This document shows, piece after piece, positions 7,974 to 16,783 of a stretch of 64,000 bases of DNA. Position 1 is the first letter of the stretch; every line of letters begins with the position of its first letter. Below the pieces are notes generated by a model. The model was not told the origin of the DNA. It saw only the letters and a program-made list of their open reading frames with translations, and made no database searches. Source of the stretch: Ignavibacteriales bacterium (lineage in GTDB: Bacteria; Bacteroidota; Ignavibacteria; UBA10030; UBA6906); contig JBBIRR010000021.1 of NCBI GenBank assembly GCA_037441705.1, positions 1 through 64,000 on the forward strand, in the 5' to 3' direction. Position numbers and translations under genes: made by a program.

Positions 7974-10514
7974 TCATTTCACCAGCGTCATCTTCTTCGT
8001 TGCTGTAAACTTGCCCGCATGTATCCTGTAGAAGTACACGCCCGAAGCGAGATGTCCGCCATCGAAGCGTACGCTGTGCTCGCCTGCGTCTAATTGTTCA
8101 TCGAGAAGGCTCGCGACGCGGCGGCCCTGGACGTCGAATACAGCAAGTTGAACGCGATCGGGTGAGGGGAGCGCAAACTTGATCGTTGTGACGGGATTGA
8201 ACGGGTTGGGATAGTTCTGCGCCAGCTCGAATCGGTCGGGGAGTCCACGTCGCTGGTCAACATCGGTCGGATCGTCGCCGGAGATTTCGCGCTTCCAGAT
8301 TCCGCGTCCGTATGTTGCAGCAAGAACATAGAATCTCCCGTTGATGGCGATGCTATCAATGTAGGCCATTTCAGTGACGATAGTGGCTTCCGGCATGCCG
8401 TTGTTCCAACGATGCCAGGAGGCTCCGCCGTTGGTGGTCCGGAAGCAACCGCTTTCCGTTCCCAGATAGAGCTTGTTATCATCCGTCGGATGGGCAACAA
8501 GGTCACCGACAGCCACATTGGGAAGATTGCTTGTGATGTTTGTCCACGTAACGCCGCGGTTTGTCGTCTTGAAGACTTTCTGTCCTGAGACAAATCCTTG
8601 CATCAGGGCGTACGCTTTATTCGCATTAATGGGATGCGGCGCGACGCCCCGAACATTCACAGAGGTGGGGAACCCGCTGGAGCGTTCGTACCATGTACCA
8701 TTGTCATAAACACGAAGCTGTTGGCCCGCTGGCGAGTTGGTACTGAGGCATGCGTAGACAACAGCTGAGGGCGAAGCGTAGCGAGAGACCGTCATGTTGT
8801 AAATTTCGCTTCCGGGGAATGCCGTTGTGTTAAGTTTCGTCCAGGTATCACCGCTGTTGGTTGACCGGTAGACGTAAGGCCCGGAGTTGTTGAAGAGATA
8901 GATCGGCGCAACCTTGTCATTGCGAATCTTATGATACCATTGACCCGAAGGATCAATTCCATTATTGATGCCTGTCCAGCTCTGGCCGAAGTCGGTGGAG
9001 CGATGCCGCTGAAATGCCCAATTGCCTCCATAGACGCCGAGAGTTCCGAACACGCGCGAGGCATCATTGGGATCAATGCTGATTCCGCCGCCGTCCCCTC
9101 CCAGGGTGTGCCGCCATATCGTGCCTCCATTGGTTGTGCCCGAGTATCCGTTGTCCTGTGAACCTCCGAAAATGACGGCATTGTTGTTCTGTCCGACATC
9201 GAAGTTTACGTATTGCGTGATGGGAAAGGAATTTGCCGATGTGATCCACGTTGCACCTTGATCGTTGGAGTAGGACAGGCCCCCGTCATTGCCGACCCAA
9301 ACTTGTGTCCCTCCGCTGTGCCATGTAATGGCGTGATGATCGACGTGAAGATTTTCATCATCAATACGCGTCCAGCTCAGCCCGCGGTTCGTGGTTCGGA
9401 ACATTGTAACGCCCCCCACGAGAACAATGTTCTCATTGGTAGGGCAGATGGCAATCACGTTGTCATACCATCCTTGGCCGCCAAGAAAATTCTCCGGAGG
9501 AGAAAGGTTCGACCAGCTCGTTCCTCCGTTCGTGGTTCTATAAACTCCCAACATCTCATTATTGTCATTGCGTGCGATGGAGACGAAGATCGTATTGGGA
9601 TTGGATTCGGAAACTGCTATTGCTGTTCTCCCAACATTCGTTGTTGGAATGCCGCCGGCTGTAAGCTTCGACCACGTATCACCGCCATCAGTGGTTCTGT
9701 ACACGCCGTCGCCCCAGATTGCTGTGTACATGATGTTCGTGTTCGCTGAGTTGAAGGCAATGTCAGTTGTTATTCCCACGAGGCGACGTGTCCATGTGCT
9801 GCCGCCGTTATCGGAGCGATAGTACCCTTGAGTTGTCACTGCATGAATCTTGGTGGGATTACCAGGCGTCATGCGGATTCGAAAGAACCCTGATGGGACT
9901 GGAGAGAGCGGGACTTGAGTCCACGTTGTTCCACCATCGGTGGTTCTCCACATTCCGGTACCGCCTCGAATATACGGCTCGCCTGTGCCGACGAAGATCT
10001 TGTATTGATCTGTTGGATCGCTTTCAATAGTTCCTATTGCAAGACTGCCGAGCTGGTCGGAGAGTGGGATGGGGAAGATCAAAAAGTATCCCCAAAGACC
10101 CCCGCTGGCCGCAGCCACCTTCGTTCCATTCTTGATGTCGATGTCGAGTATGCGGCCCGAATACCGCGCTCCGCCCGGCGTCTGCATGCCATACGGACCT
10201 ATTGCATCCCAGGAGTTGACGACTGCTACTCCTAAATCGTTTTCGCTCGGCATCTGTTGCACGTCCGACCAAATGCGTTGGAGCATCTCCGGCTCTAACA
10301 CTGCGCCGTAGGGTTGATGCCATTGTTCGAAATACCATTTTTCTAACTCAGGTCCCTTCTTTCCGTCGTGCGCATCCTTCTCGACGAAGGACGGGGCGAT
10401 CGGTGGAGTAGATACTGCCGCTTCTGGTCGCGAACGATCCACGCGGAGCGCGTAGAAAATCAGGGTGCACAGAAGTATGGCAGAAAGCGGAGCAAGTTGG
10501 ATGATGCGCTTCAT
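7974..10514 (-). CDS. Secreted BNR/Asp-box (VPS10/sortilin-like) beta-propeller protein with T9SS type A C-terminal sorting domain
   Basis: Repeated RT/SxxGGxTW Asp-boxes; HVDHHAI and GGSQDNG motifs; C-terminus LAQNYPNPFNPVTTIKF...LASGVYFYRI...KKMTLVK. Confidence 0.88.
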   Translation of the reverse strand: MKRIIQLAPLSAILLCTLIFYALRVDRSRPEAAVSTPPIAPSFVEKDAHDGKKGPELEKWYFEQWHQPYGAVLEPEMLQRIWSDVQQMPSENDLGVAVVNSWDAIGPYGMQTPGGARYSGRILDIDIKNGTKVAAASGGLWGYFLIFPIPLSDQLGSLAIGTIESDPTDQYKIFVGTGEPYIRGGTGMWRTTDGGTTWTQVPLSPVPSGFFRIRMTPGNPTKIHAVTTQGYYRSDNGGSTWTRRLVGITTDIAFNSANTNIMYTAIWGDGVYRTTDGGDTWSKLTAGGIPTTNVGRTAIAVSESNPNTIFVSIARNDNNEMLGVYRTTNGGTSWSNLSPPENFLGGQGWYDNVIAICPTNENIVLVGGVTMFRTTNRGLSWTRIDDENLHVDHHAITWHSGGTQVWVGNDGGLSYSNDQGATWITSANSFPITQYVNFDVGQNNNAVIFGGSQDNGYSGTTNGGTIWRHTLGGDGGGISIDPNDASRVFGTLGVYGGNWAFQRHRSTDFGQSWTGINNGIDPSGQWYHKIRNDKVAPIYLFNNSGPYVYRSTNSGDTWTKLNTTAFPGSEIYNMTVSRYASPSAVVYACLSTNSPAGQQLRVYDNGTWYERSSGFPTSVNVRGVAPHPINANKAYALMQGFVSGQKVFKTTNRGVTWTNITSNLPNVAVGDLVAHPTDDNKLYLGTESGCFRTTNGGASWHRWNNGMPEATIVTEMAYIDSIAINGRFYVLAATYGRGIWKREISGDDPTDVDQRRGLPDRFELAQNYPNPFNPVTTIKFALPSPDRVQLAVFDVQGRRVASLLDEQLDAGEHSVRFDGGHLASGVYFYRIHAGKFTATKKMTLVK

Positions 10515-10715
10515 GAGGCCTCCTGATAATAGTGTGTGTATGATGGTGTGTTTGTAGGTCTACGCCCGGCCGACGCTGGTTGTGGTTTAAGATAGTTTTC
10601 TCTTTTATTTATGCAGTGACATAGGCAACAAAAGAGCGGCCCAGGTATTGGTAGGAATTATGGGCAGGGTGACCAGTTCAGCGAGGAGATTTTTCCCGAT
10701 GGTGTAACTTTAGGC

Positions 10716-10744
10716 TTGACAACGGCCTCTGCTTTGTTTATATT
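10716..10744 (+). promoter_or_regulatory. Sigma70-type promoter for lacI and the PUL
   Basis: TTGACA (10716-10721), 17-bp spacer, TATATT (10739-10744). Confidence 0.65.
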
Positions 10745-10757
10745 GTAAACGCTTTCA
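10744..10757. promoter_or_regulatory. LacI-family operator O1 (imperfect)
   Basis: TGTAAACGCTTTCA, abutting the -10 box; CG-centred LacI/CcpA-type palindrome. Confidence 0.65.
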
Positions 10758-10795
10758 TTGGCGATTATTTGATAGCGTTTTTTTGTTGCTGTTCC

Positions 10796-10809
10796 TGTAA
10801 ACGTTTACA
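10796..10809. promoter_or_regulatory. LacI-family operator O2 (perfect palindrome)
   Basis: TGTAAACGTTTACA, a perfect 14-bp palindrome upstream of the LacI-family gene. Confidence 0.75.
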
Positions 10810-10875
10810 CAGGTCCTCGCTCGGTAGGCCACAGCTTTCGCCTTACACGACACCGACCACGCCAGCAGCGCAGAC

Positions 10876-11895
10876 ATGGTTACCATAAAAGATGTAGCCC
10901 GAGAGGCGGGCGTTTCCATTGCAACCGTCTCGCGCGTTTTCAACAACGTTGGGCCTGTTGATGAGGAAACCCGACGTCGGGTACGGCAGGTTGCGCGTCA
11001 GTTGAAATATGTTCCGAGCGCGATCGGCAGAAGTCTCTCTACGAAAAAGACCGACGCCATCGGACTTCTGTTGCCGGATTTGTTCGGCGAGTTCTTCTCC
11101 GAAGTCTTACGCGGCAGCGACCAAACAGCACAGCAGGCACATTATCATCTGGTTGTTTCAAGTTCCCACAACAACAGGGAAGCCATCGAAGCAGCGCTGC
11201 GCATGATGCGAGGACGCGTCGATGGGTTGGTGATCATGTCGCCGCATATTGATGCCGAGACGCTGAATGAAAACCTCCCGCATTCGCTGCCGGTTGTCTT
11301 GCTCAACTGCTATGTGCAGTCCGATAAGTTCGATGCGCTCAATATTGACAACTACGGAGGCGCGTTTGCGATGACACAACACCTGCTTTCGCACGGCCAT
11401 CGGCGCGTTGCAATTATCAAAGGGACGGAGCACAATTTTGACGCGGCAGAACGGCTGCGCGGCTATCGCGACGCGATGCGGCAGTTCGGCGGCGAGCTTG
11501 ATGACCGATTGGAATTGCCCGGCCTCTTCAGTGAGTCCTCGGGCTACGACGCTGCGAAGCGACTCCTAACAATCTCTCCGCGGCCGACGGCTGCTTTCGC
11601 AAGCAACGACTCGATGGCCATCGGTGCGCTAAGCGCCCTGCGCGATGAAGGCATACAGGTACCGGAGCAGATTGCACTGGCCGGCTTCGACGACGTACCG
11701 ATTGCTTCGTTCCTGACGCCGACGCTTTCTTCCGTGCAGGTCGGCATTCACCAACTTGGCGTGAAGGCAATCGAAACCTTGCTGCACGCCGTGCGACACA
11801 AGAACACGCATCGCAAGCAGCAGGTTGTGCTTCCCACCAAACTCAGTCTTCGAGAATCCTGCGGTTGTACTAACTCAACATCCACCACATCATAA
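10876..11895 (+). CDS. LacI-family transcriptional repressor
   Basis: VTIKDVAREAGVSIATVSRVFN HTH; FASNDSMAIG and LAGFDDVP periplasmic-binding-fold motifs. Confidence 0.96.
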   Translation: MVTIKDVAREAGVSIATVSRVFNNVGPVDEETRRRVRQVARQLKYVPSAIGRSLSTKKTDAIGLLLPDLFGEFFSEVLRGSDQTAQQAHYHLVVSSSHNNREAIEAALRMMRGRVDGLVIMSPHIDAETLNENLPHSLPVVLLNCYVQSDKFDALNIDNYGGAFAMTQHLLSHGHRRVAIIKGTEHNFDAAERLRGYRDAMRQFGGELDDRLELPGLFSESSGYDAAKRLLTISPRPTAAFASNDSMAIGALSALRDEGIQVPEQIALAGFDDVPIASFLTPTLSSVQVGIHQLGVKAIETLLHAVRHKNTHRKQQVVLPTKLSLRESCGCTNSTSTTS

Positions 11896-12045
11896 ATCAA
11901 ACACACATGCAAAGGAGGTGATTGTCGGGAACTTCTCTTCAGTTCGGTTGTTGCAGCAATCCATTCGGGATCTGAGCATCGCTGCTCGCCCGGAGCGTTC
12001 GGTACCAATCCCTCATCAATCCACAAACACAAGGAGATACACGTC

Positions 12046-13962
12046 ATGAAGAAACTCTTGTTCATGATGCTTGCCTCCGTTCTGGTCGCGGCCGTGACCT
12101 TTGGGCAGACGACACGAACGGACGTGATCTGGGCTCGCACCACCACCCAAACCATGACGGTGGATGGACGACTCACGGAAGCGGCGTGGGCATCGGCAGA
12201 GTCGGTGAAGATTCAGTATGGCAACCCCGCCATGCTGCCGATTCCCGGAAGCGGTTGGTTCTTCGAAAACGGTCGCCAGCAGGTGATCGACTCGATGAAA
12301 GCCACAATCAAATTTCTCGTGAAGGCTGATAGCCTGTATGTTGGTGTTCGCATCGAAGACAAATCTGTCGGCGGCGGACCGTTCAACAGGTTCGACGGGA
12401 TCTTATCCAACATTCGCCAGAAGCAGCAGACTGCACGGCCTGTCGGTGCGGGCGAGATCTTCTACGGTTGGGTGAAGGAACCGTGGGCAGATACCCTCGC
12501 CGACCAACCCGGTCGCATGCCGGCCTATCTCGGTTTCTGGGGCAGCTCTCCGTATGCGCCGCGTCCGGATTCGCTGAATCAACGCTACTGGGCTGCCGGA
12601 ACCACCGTGCAAGGTGTGCAGAACAATGACACCGGCAACGACACCAGCTACATCATGGAGTTCAAGATCAACCTCCGTACCTTTGGCTATGATGTGAGCG
12701 GCACGAACGGCGACATCGTGATGTACAGCCTCTCGATCTATGACGCCGACTGGCAGTGGCCGCTTGATACGACTCGGCAATCGGGCACGCGCGCATGGCT
12801 GCAATGCCCGTGGGGGAATGCTTCGGCGTATCACCACATGCGGGTTTATGCGCGGCCCAGCGTCGGCTTGACCGATCCGCTGCCGGTGGTGGGACCCGAA
12901 GGAATTGTTCCTGGTGCCGGTACCTATGCCTCTCCGGTTATCGATGGACGTCTCACAGAGTCAGTATGGTCTGCGCCAAACATCGGGCAGTTACCAATTC
13001 AGTTTGGCAATACAGCGTTGCGGAACTCGTATCCGAGCACGGCACCGTATCGCAGCGGTCAGTTCCAGCCGTCGGTGAACGGAGGTACTGCTCCGGTTGT
13101 TGAGCCGAGCTTAGCTACGTTCAAGCACTTCTACAAGAACGACACGCTCTTTATCGGTGTGGATGTGAGCGATCAGTTTGTTCAGGCATTCCCGAGTTCC
13201 ACTCCCGACCGATGGGACGGGTTCCGGGTGGTGATCTGTCAGCGCGACCAGTTCAATCCCGACAACGTTTTGTTCCCCCGCATTCTGACGGCGAGGATCG
13301 GAGGTTCGGGTACGAGCGTGCAGACTTCACGCGAGGATGATCTCGCGCCAAATCCCGGTGCGTGGGATTCGGCGGGAACGAAGGTTCAGGTAGCTATCGC
13401 GCTCAAAGGTGGAACGACGATCGATACCGTAGGGGCGTCGCCGGATTCGGGCTGGACAGCCGAGATGAAGATCAATCTGCGGGCGCTGGGCTATCCTGCA
13501 GGGCGTGGTGACGGCGTGCTGTTCGTCGCCGCCATGCTGTACGACGGTGATTCGTTCGGGTCTGCCGCCAGCAGCAGCTACGGTACGCGCACGTGGTTCA
13601 TGCGTGAAGGCGGTTTCAACGACGGCGCGTTCTGGGCGTATATGCATCCGAACATCACGGTGAGCGTGGACGACCAGCCAACCGCTGTCCCCGCGCAGTT
13701 TGCGTTGCTGGGCAACTATCCGAACCCCTTCAACCCCTCGACCACCATCAAGTTCTCTCTGCCGCAGATGAGCGAGGTAACGTTGGAGGTGTTCAACATC
13801 CTTGGCCAGCGCGTGGCGACGCAGCAACTGGGCACACAGCAGCCCGGTGTGCACGAGGTTCGCTTCGATGCCTCGCACTTAGCGTCCGGTGTGTACCACT
13901 ATCGCCTGCGCATGGCGACAACGAATGCCAGCGTTGCAGGTAAGATGATGCTGTTGAAGTAA
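12046..13962 (+). CDS. T9SS-secreted protein with two CBM9/DOMON-like sugar-binding domains
   Basis: AAGGAG RBS; signal peptide; two repeats of (T/V)(V/I)DGRLTE..W...D.L(Y/F).GV...D...(M/A)E(F/M)KINLR..GY; CTD LLGNYPNPFNPSTTIKF...KMMLLK. Confidence 0.75.
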   Translation: MKKLLFMMLASVLVAAVTFGQTTRTDVIWARTTTQTMTVDGRLTEAAWASAESVKIQYGNPAMLPIPGSGWFFENGRQQVIDSMKATIKFLVKADSLYVGVRIEDKSVGGGPFNRFDGILSNIRQKQQTARPVGAGEIFYGWVKEPWADTLADQPGRMPAYLGFWGSSPYAPRPDSLNQRYWAAGTTVQGVQNNDTGNDTSYIMEFKINLRTFGYDVSGTNGDIVMYSLSIYDADWQWPLDTTRQSGTRAWLQCPWGNASAYHHMRVYARPSVGLTDPLPVVGPEGIVPGAGTYASPVIDGRLTESVWSAPNIGQLPIQFGNTALRNSYPSTAPYRSGQFQPSVNGGTAPVVEPSLATFKHFYKNDTLFIGVDVSDQFVQAFPSSTPDRWDGFRVVICQRDQFNPDNVLFPRILTARIGGSGTSVQTSREDDLAPNPGAWDSAGTKVQVAIALKGGTTIDTVGASPDSGWTAEMKINLRALGYPAGRGDGVLFVAAMLYDGDSFGSAASSSYGTRTWFMREGGFNDGAFWAYMHPNITVSVDDQPTAVPAQFALLGNYPNPFNPSTTIKFSLPQMSEVTLEVFNILGQRVATQQLGTQQPGVHEVRFDASHLASGVYHYRLRMATTNASVAGKMMLLK

Positions 13963-13969
13963 CCAGTAG

Positions 13970-14016
13970 TGCGCAAGCGCCCCGGAGTTCACCGAGCGTG
14001 GCCGGGGCGCCGCGCA
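13970..14016 (+). terminator. GC-rich intra-operon stem-loop
   Basis: GCGCCCCGG (13977-13985) and CCGGGGCGC (14002-14010) with flanking TGCGC/GCGCA, just after the stop codon; weak U-tract. Confidence 0.45.
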
Positions 14017-14125
14017 ATTTGGTAGCATGTTGCTTTTCACGATTTGGTTTGCAAAACTACAGTCGTCGCCATAGCTGTCCCAGCGGCGCGAAGGCAGCTC
14101 GGTTTGTTTGATTTGGGAAACGATC

Positions 14126-16780
14126 ATGAAACCCTTCCACCTTTCTCTGCGGTTATTCTGGCTCAGTGGCGCTCTGCTACTGTCCTTCACGCATGCGAGC
14201 GTCGGCGGCACCACCGGCAAACTTGCCGGACGTGTGCTGGACAAGAACAAGGAACCCTTGCCCAGCGCCAACATTGTCATTCTCGGGACGACACTCGGCG
14301 GCGTTGCGGACGTCGAGGGCTACTATTCCATCATCAACATTCCACCCGGCAGTTATAGTGTTCAGTTCCGACTTGTCGGGTACAGGTCCATGACGGTGCG
14401 CGATGTACAGATTACCGTCAACAATACGACAAAGTTGGATGCGGCACTCGAGGAGGAAGCCATTGCTACCGAAGCCGTCGTTGTTACGGCGCGGCGACCC
14501 GTCGTTGACATCAATCTGACGAGTACGATTGCCACCGTCACCGACAAGGAGATTCGATCGCTGCCGGTGCAGGAACTTCAGGATATCGTGAACCTGCAGG
14601 CTGGCGTTGTGGATGGCCACTTTCGTGGAGGACGCATCGGCGAGGTGCAGTATCAGGTCAACGGCGTGTCGGTCAACAACTCGTACGATAACAAGTCCTC
14701 CATCAAGATTGATCGTTCGTTGATTCAAGAAGTGCAGGTAATTACCGGAACATTCGACGCCGAATACGGTCAGGCGATGAGCGGCGTGGTCAACACCGTG
14801 TTGAAGAGCGGCGGAGAGAACTTTGCGTGGAATGCGGAAGTGCTGGCCGGCGATTTTCTCTTTGCCGGCGGCGGCGTGCGAAACCTTGTCTATCAAACTC
14901 ACCCTGCATCGCTGCAAAACTACCAGCTCAGCGTCAGCGGTCCGACGGGATTGCCGCAGACGTTCTTCCTCTTCAACGGGCGCCGCTATGTGTTTGATGA
15001 CTACCTTTACGGCGAACGGCGCTTTAATTCGCTGGACACGAACGGGCTTGCTGACCCCAACCGCTGGTTAGGCTCGCCCAACGGCGACCGCAAGCAAGTG
15101 GCAATGAGTTACACACGCGAATGGTCGGGACTTGCGAAGATCACGAATCGTTCGCTGCCGGGCGTCGAGATCAGCTATCAGGCTCTCTTCAATTTTCTTG
15201 AAGGACGAAACATGGCCAACGCCTTTGCCTATCGTTTCAATCCCGACGCAAAATCCAAACAAAAGACCGTGTCGTTCGTGCATGGGCTGGACTGGACTCA
15301 TTCGCTTTCGCCCAGTACGTTCTACAACATCAATCTCCGACAGAACTACTTCGACTACAAGGATTGGGTGTTTGAGGATTTCTTTGATCCTCGTTATGAC
15401 TATGCGGGGGCCAGTCGCGGCTTGCAGGATTACGAGTTCGGAGCTATCGTTGCGGGCGTTGATTTCACCCGCTTCCGCCAGAAGACAAACGCGTTTGTTG
15501 CGAAAGGCTCGCTCACCAGTCAGGTCACGCGCGAGCATCAGGTGAAGGTGGGCCTGGAGTTTCAAACGTCGCAGGTCCAGTTCGGGACTGCCGGCACGCT
15601 GACGTACAAGGGCGACTCGCTCTTTCGCTACATCGATGCGCCTCCGGACTATCCGGGCATTCAGACCTACAAGCCCATTGCGCTTTCCGCCTACGCTCAG
15701 GATCAGGTCGAGTGGAATGACCTCACCATTCGCGCCGGTGTTCGTTTCGAGTTGTTTGATGCTCGCGGATTTTTGCCGAGCGATCTGAAGAATCCGGCCA
15801 ACGCTATTCAGGGCGCACCAACGTCGGTGCCGCGACGAACGACGAAAAAAGTGACGTATGCGCCGCGCATCGGGATTTCATACCCCATCACCACAACCTC
15901 ATCCATCTTTTTCTCGTACGGTCACTTCTATCAATTTCCGCCGCTGGGCGATATCTTCAGGAACTCGAACTACACGATCCTTGAGCGCATCCAGGCGGGT
16001 ACGTCGAACTACGGCGTGCTCGGCAATCCCGATATCAAGCCCGAACGAACGGTGCAATATGAGTTCGGCTACAAGCACGCCATCACCGATTTCCTGGGAC
16101 TGAATCTCAATCTCTTTTACAAAGATATACGCGACCTGCTGGGTGTAGAATTCGTCGAAACCTATAACAACGCCGAGTATGCGCGGCTAACGAACATTGA
16201 TTTTGGTAATGTGATGGGATTTACGATCTCGCTGGTGCAACGGCAGGTCGGCATCGTGAGTTCGACGCTGGATTATACCTGGCAGATGGCGCAGGGAAAC
16301 TCCAGCGACCCGAATGAAACGGCCGTCCGTGCGCAGGCAGGGGAAGACCCTCGACCGCGTCAGGTGCCGCTGAACTGGGATCAGCGCCACACGTTGAATC
16401 TGACTGTCCAGCTTGCTGAAGCGGAAAACTACTCGCTTGCCACCATCGTCCGCTTCGGCAGCGGACAGCCGTACACGCCGGAAATCGGTTCGGGTTTCGG
16501 CGCTGCGATCGAAAAAAATTCCGGCCGCAAGCCTAACGGATTATTGGTTGATCTGCGCGCGGAAAAATATTTCTCGCTGTTCGGTCTGAGCATGAGTCTG
16601 TTTGCGCGTGTGTTCAATCTGTTCGATGCGACGTACTTCAACGGCGACGTTTTTGCTTCAACGGGCAGCCCGACGTACTCGACGACGCCGGCGAAGGATC
16701 GCAACCGGCTTGCCGACCCGACGCGGTTTTATCCGCCGCGGCGGTATGAAATCGGCATATCCATGAACTCAGCGTTTTGA
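14126..16780 (+). CDS. TonB-dependent receptor with N-terminal carboxypeptidase-regulatory-like domain
   Basis: GTTGKLAGRVLD...L..ANIVILGT..G...DVEGYYSI; plug HFRGGRIGEVQYQVNG; IQEVQVITGTFDAEYGQAMSGVVN; KPERTVQYEFG; C-terminal Phe. Confidence 0.92.
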   Translation: MKPFHLSLRLFWLSGALLLSFTHASVGGTTGKLAGRVLDKNKEPLPSANIVILGTTLGGVADVEGYYSIINIPPGSYSVQFRLVGYRSMTVRDVQITVNNTTKLDAALEEEAIATEAVVVTARRPVVDINLTSTIATVTDKEIRSLPVQELQDIVNLQAGVVDGHFRGGRIGEVQYQVNGVSVNNSYDNKSSIKIDRSLIQEVQVITGTFDAEYGQAMSGVVNTVLKSGGENFAWNAEVLAGDFLFAGGGVRNLVYQTHPASLQNYQLSVSGPTGLPQTFFLFNGRRYVFDDYLYGERRFNSLDTNGLADPNRWLGSPNGDRKQVAMSYTREWSGLAKITNRSLPGVEISYQALFNFLEGRNMANAFAYRFNPDAKSKQKTVSFVHGLDWTHSLSPSTFYNINLRQNYFDYKDWVFEDFFDPRYDYAGASRGLQDYEFGAIVAGVDFTRFRQKTNAFVAKGSLTSQVTREHQVKVGLEFQTSQVQFGTAGTLTYKGDSLFRYIDAPPDYPGIQTYKPIALSAYAQDQVEWNDLTIRAGVRFELFDARGFLPSDLKNPANAIQGAPTSVPRRTTKKVTYAPRIGISYPITTTSSIFFSYGHFYQFPPLGDIFRNSNYTILERIQAGTSNYGVLGNPDIKPERTVQYEFGYKHAITDFLGLNLNLFYKDIRDLLGVEFVETYNNAEYARLTNIDFGNVMGFTISLVQRQVGIVSSTLDYTWQMAQGNSSDPNETAVRAQAGEDPRPRQVPLNWDQRHTLNLTVQLAEAENYSLATIVRFGSGQPYTPEIGSGFGAAIEKNSGRKPNGLLVDLRAEKYFSLFGLSMSLFARVFNLFDATYFNGDVFASTGSPTYSTTPAKDRNRLADPTRFYPPRRYEIGISMNSAF

Positions 16781-16783
16781 GAG

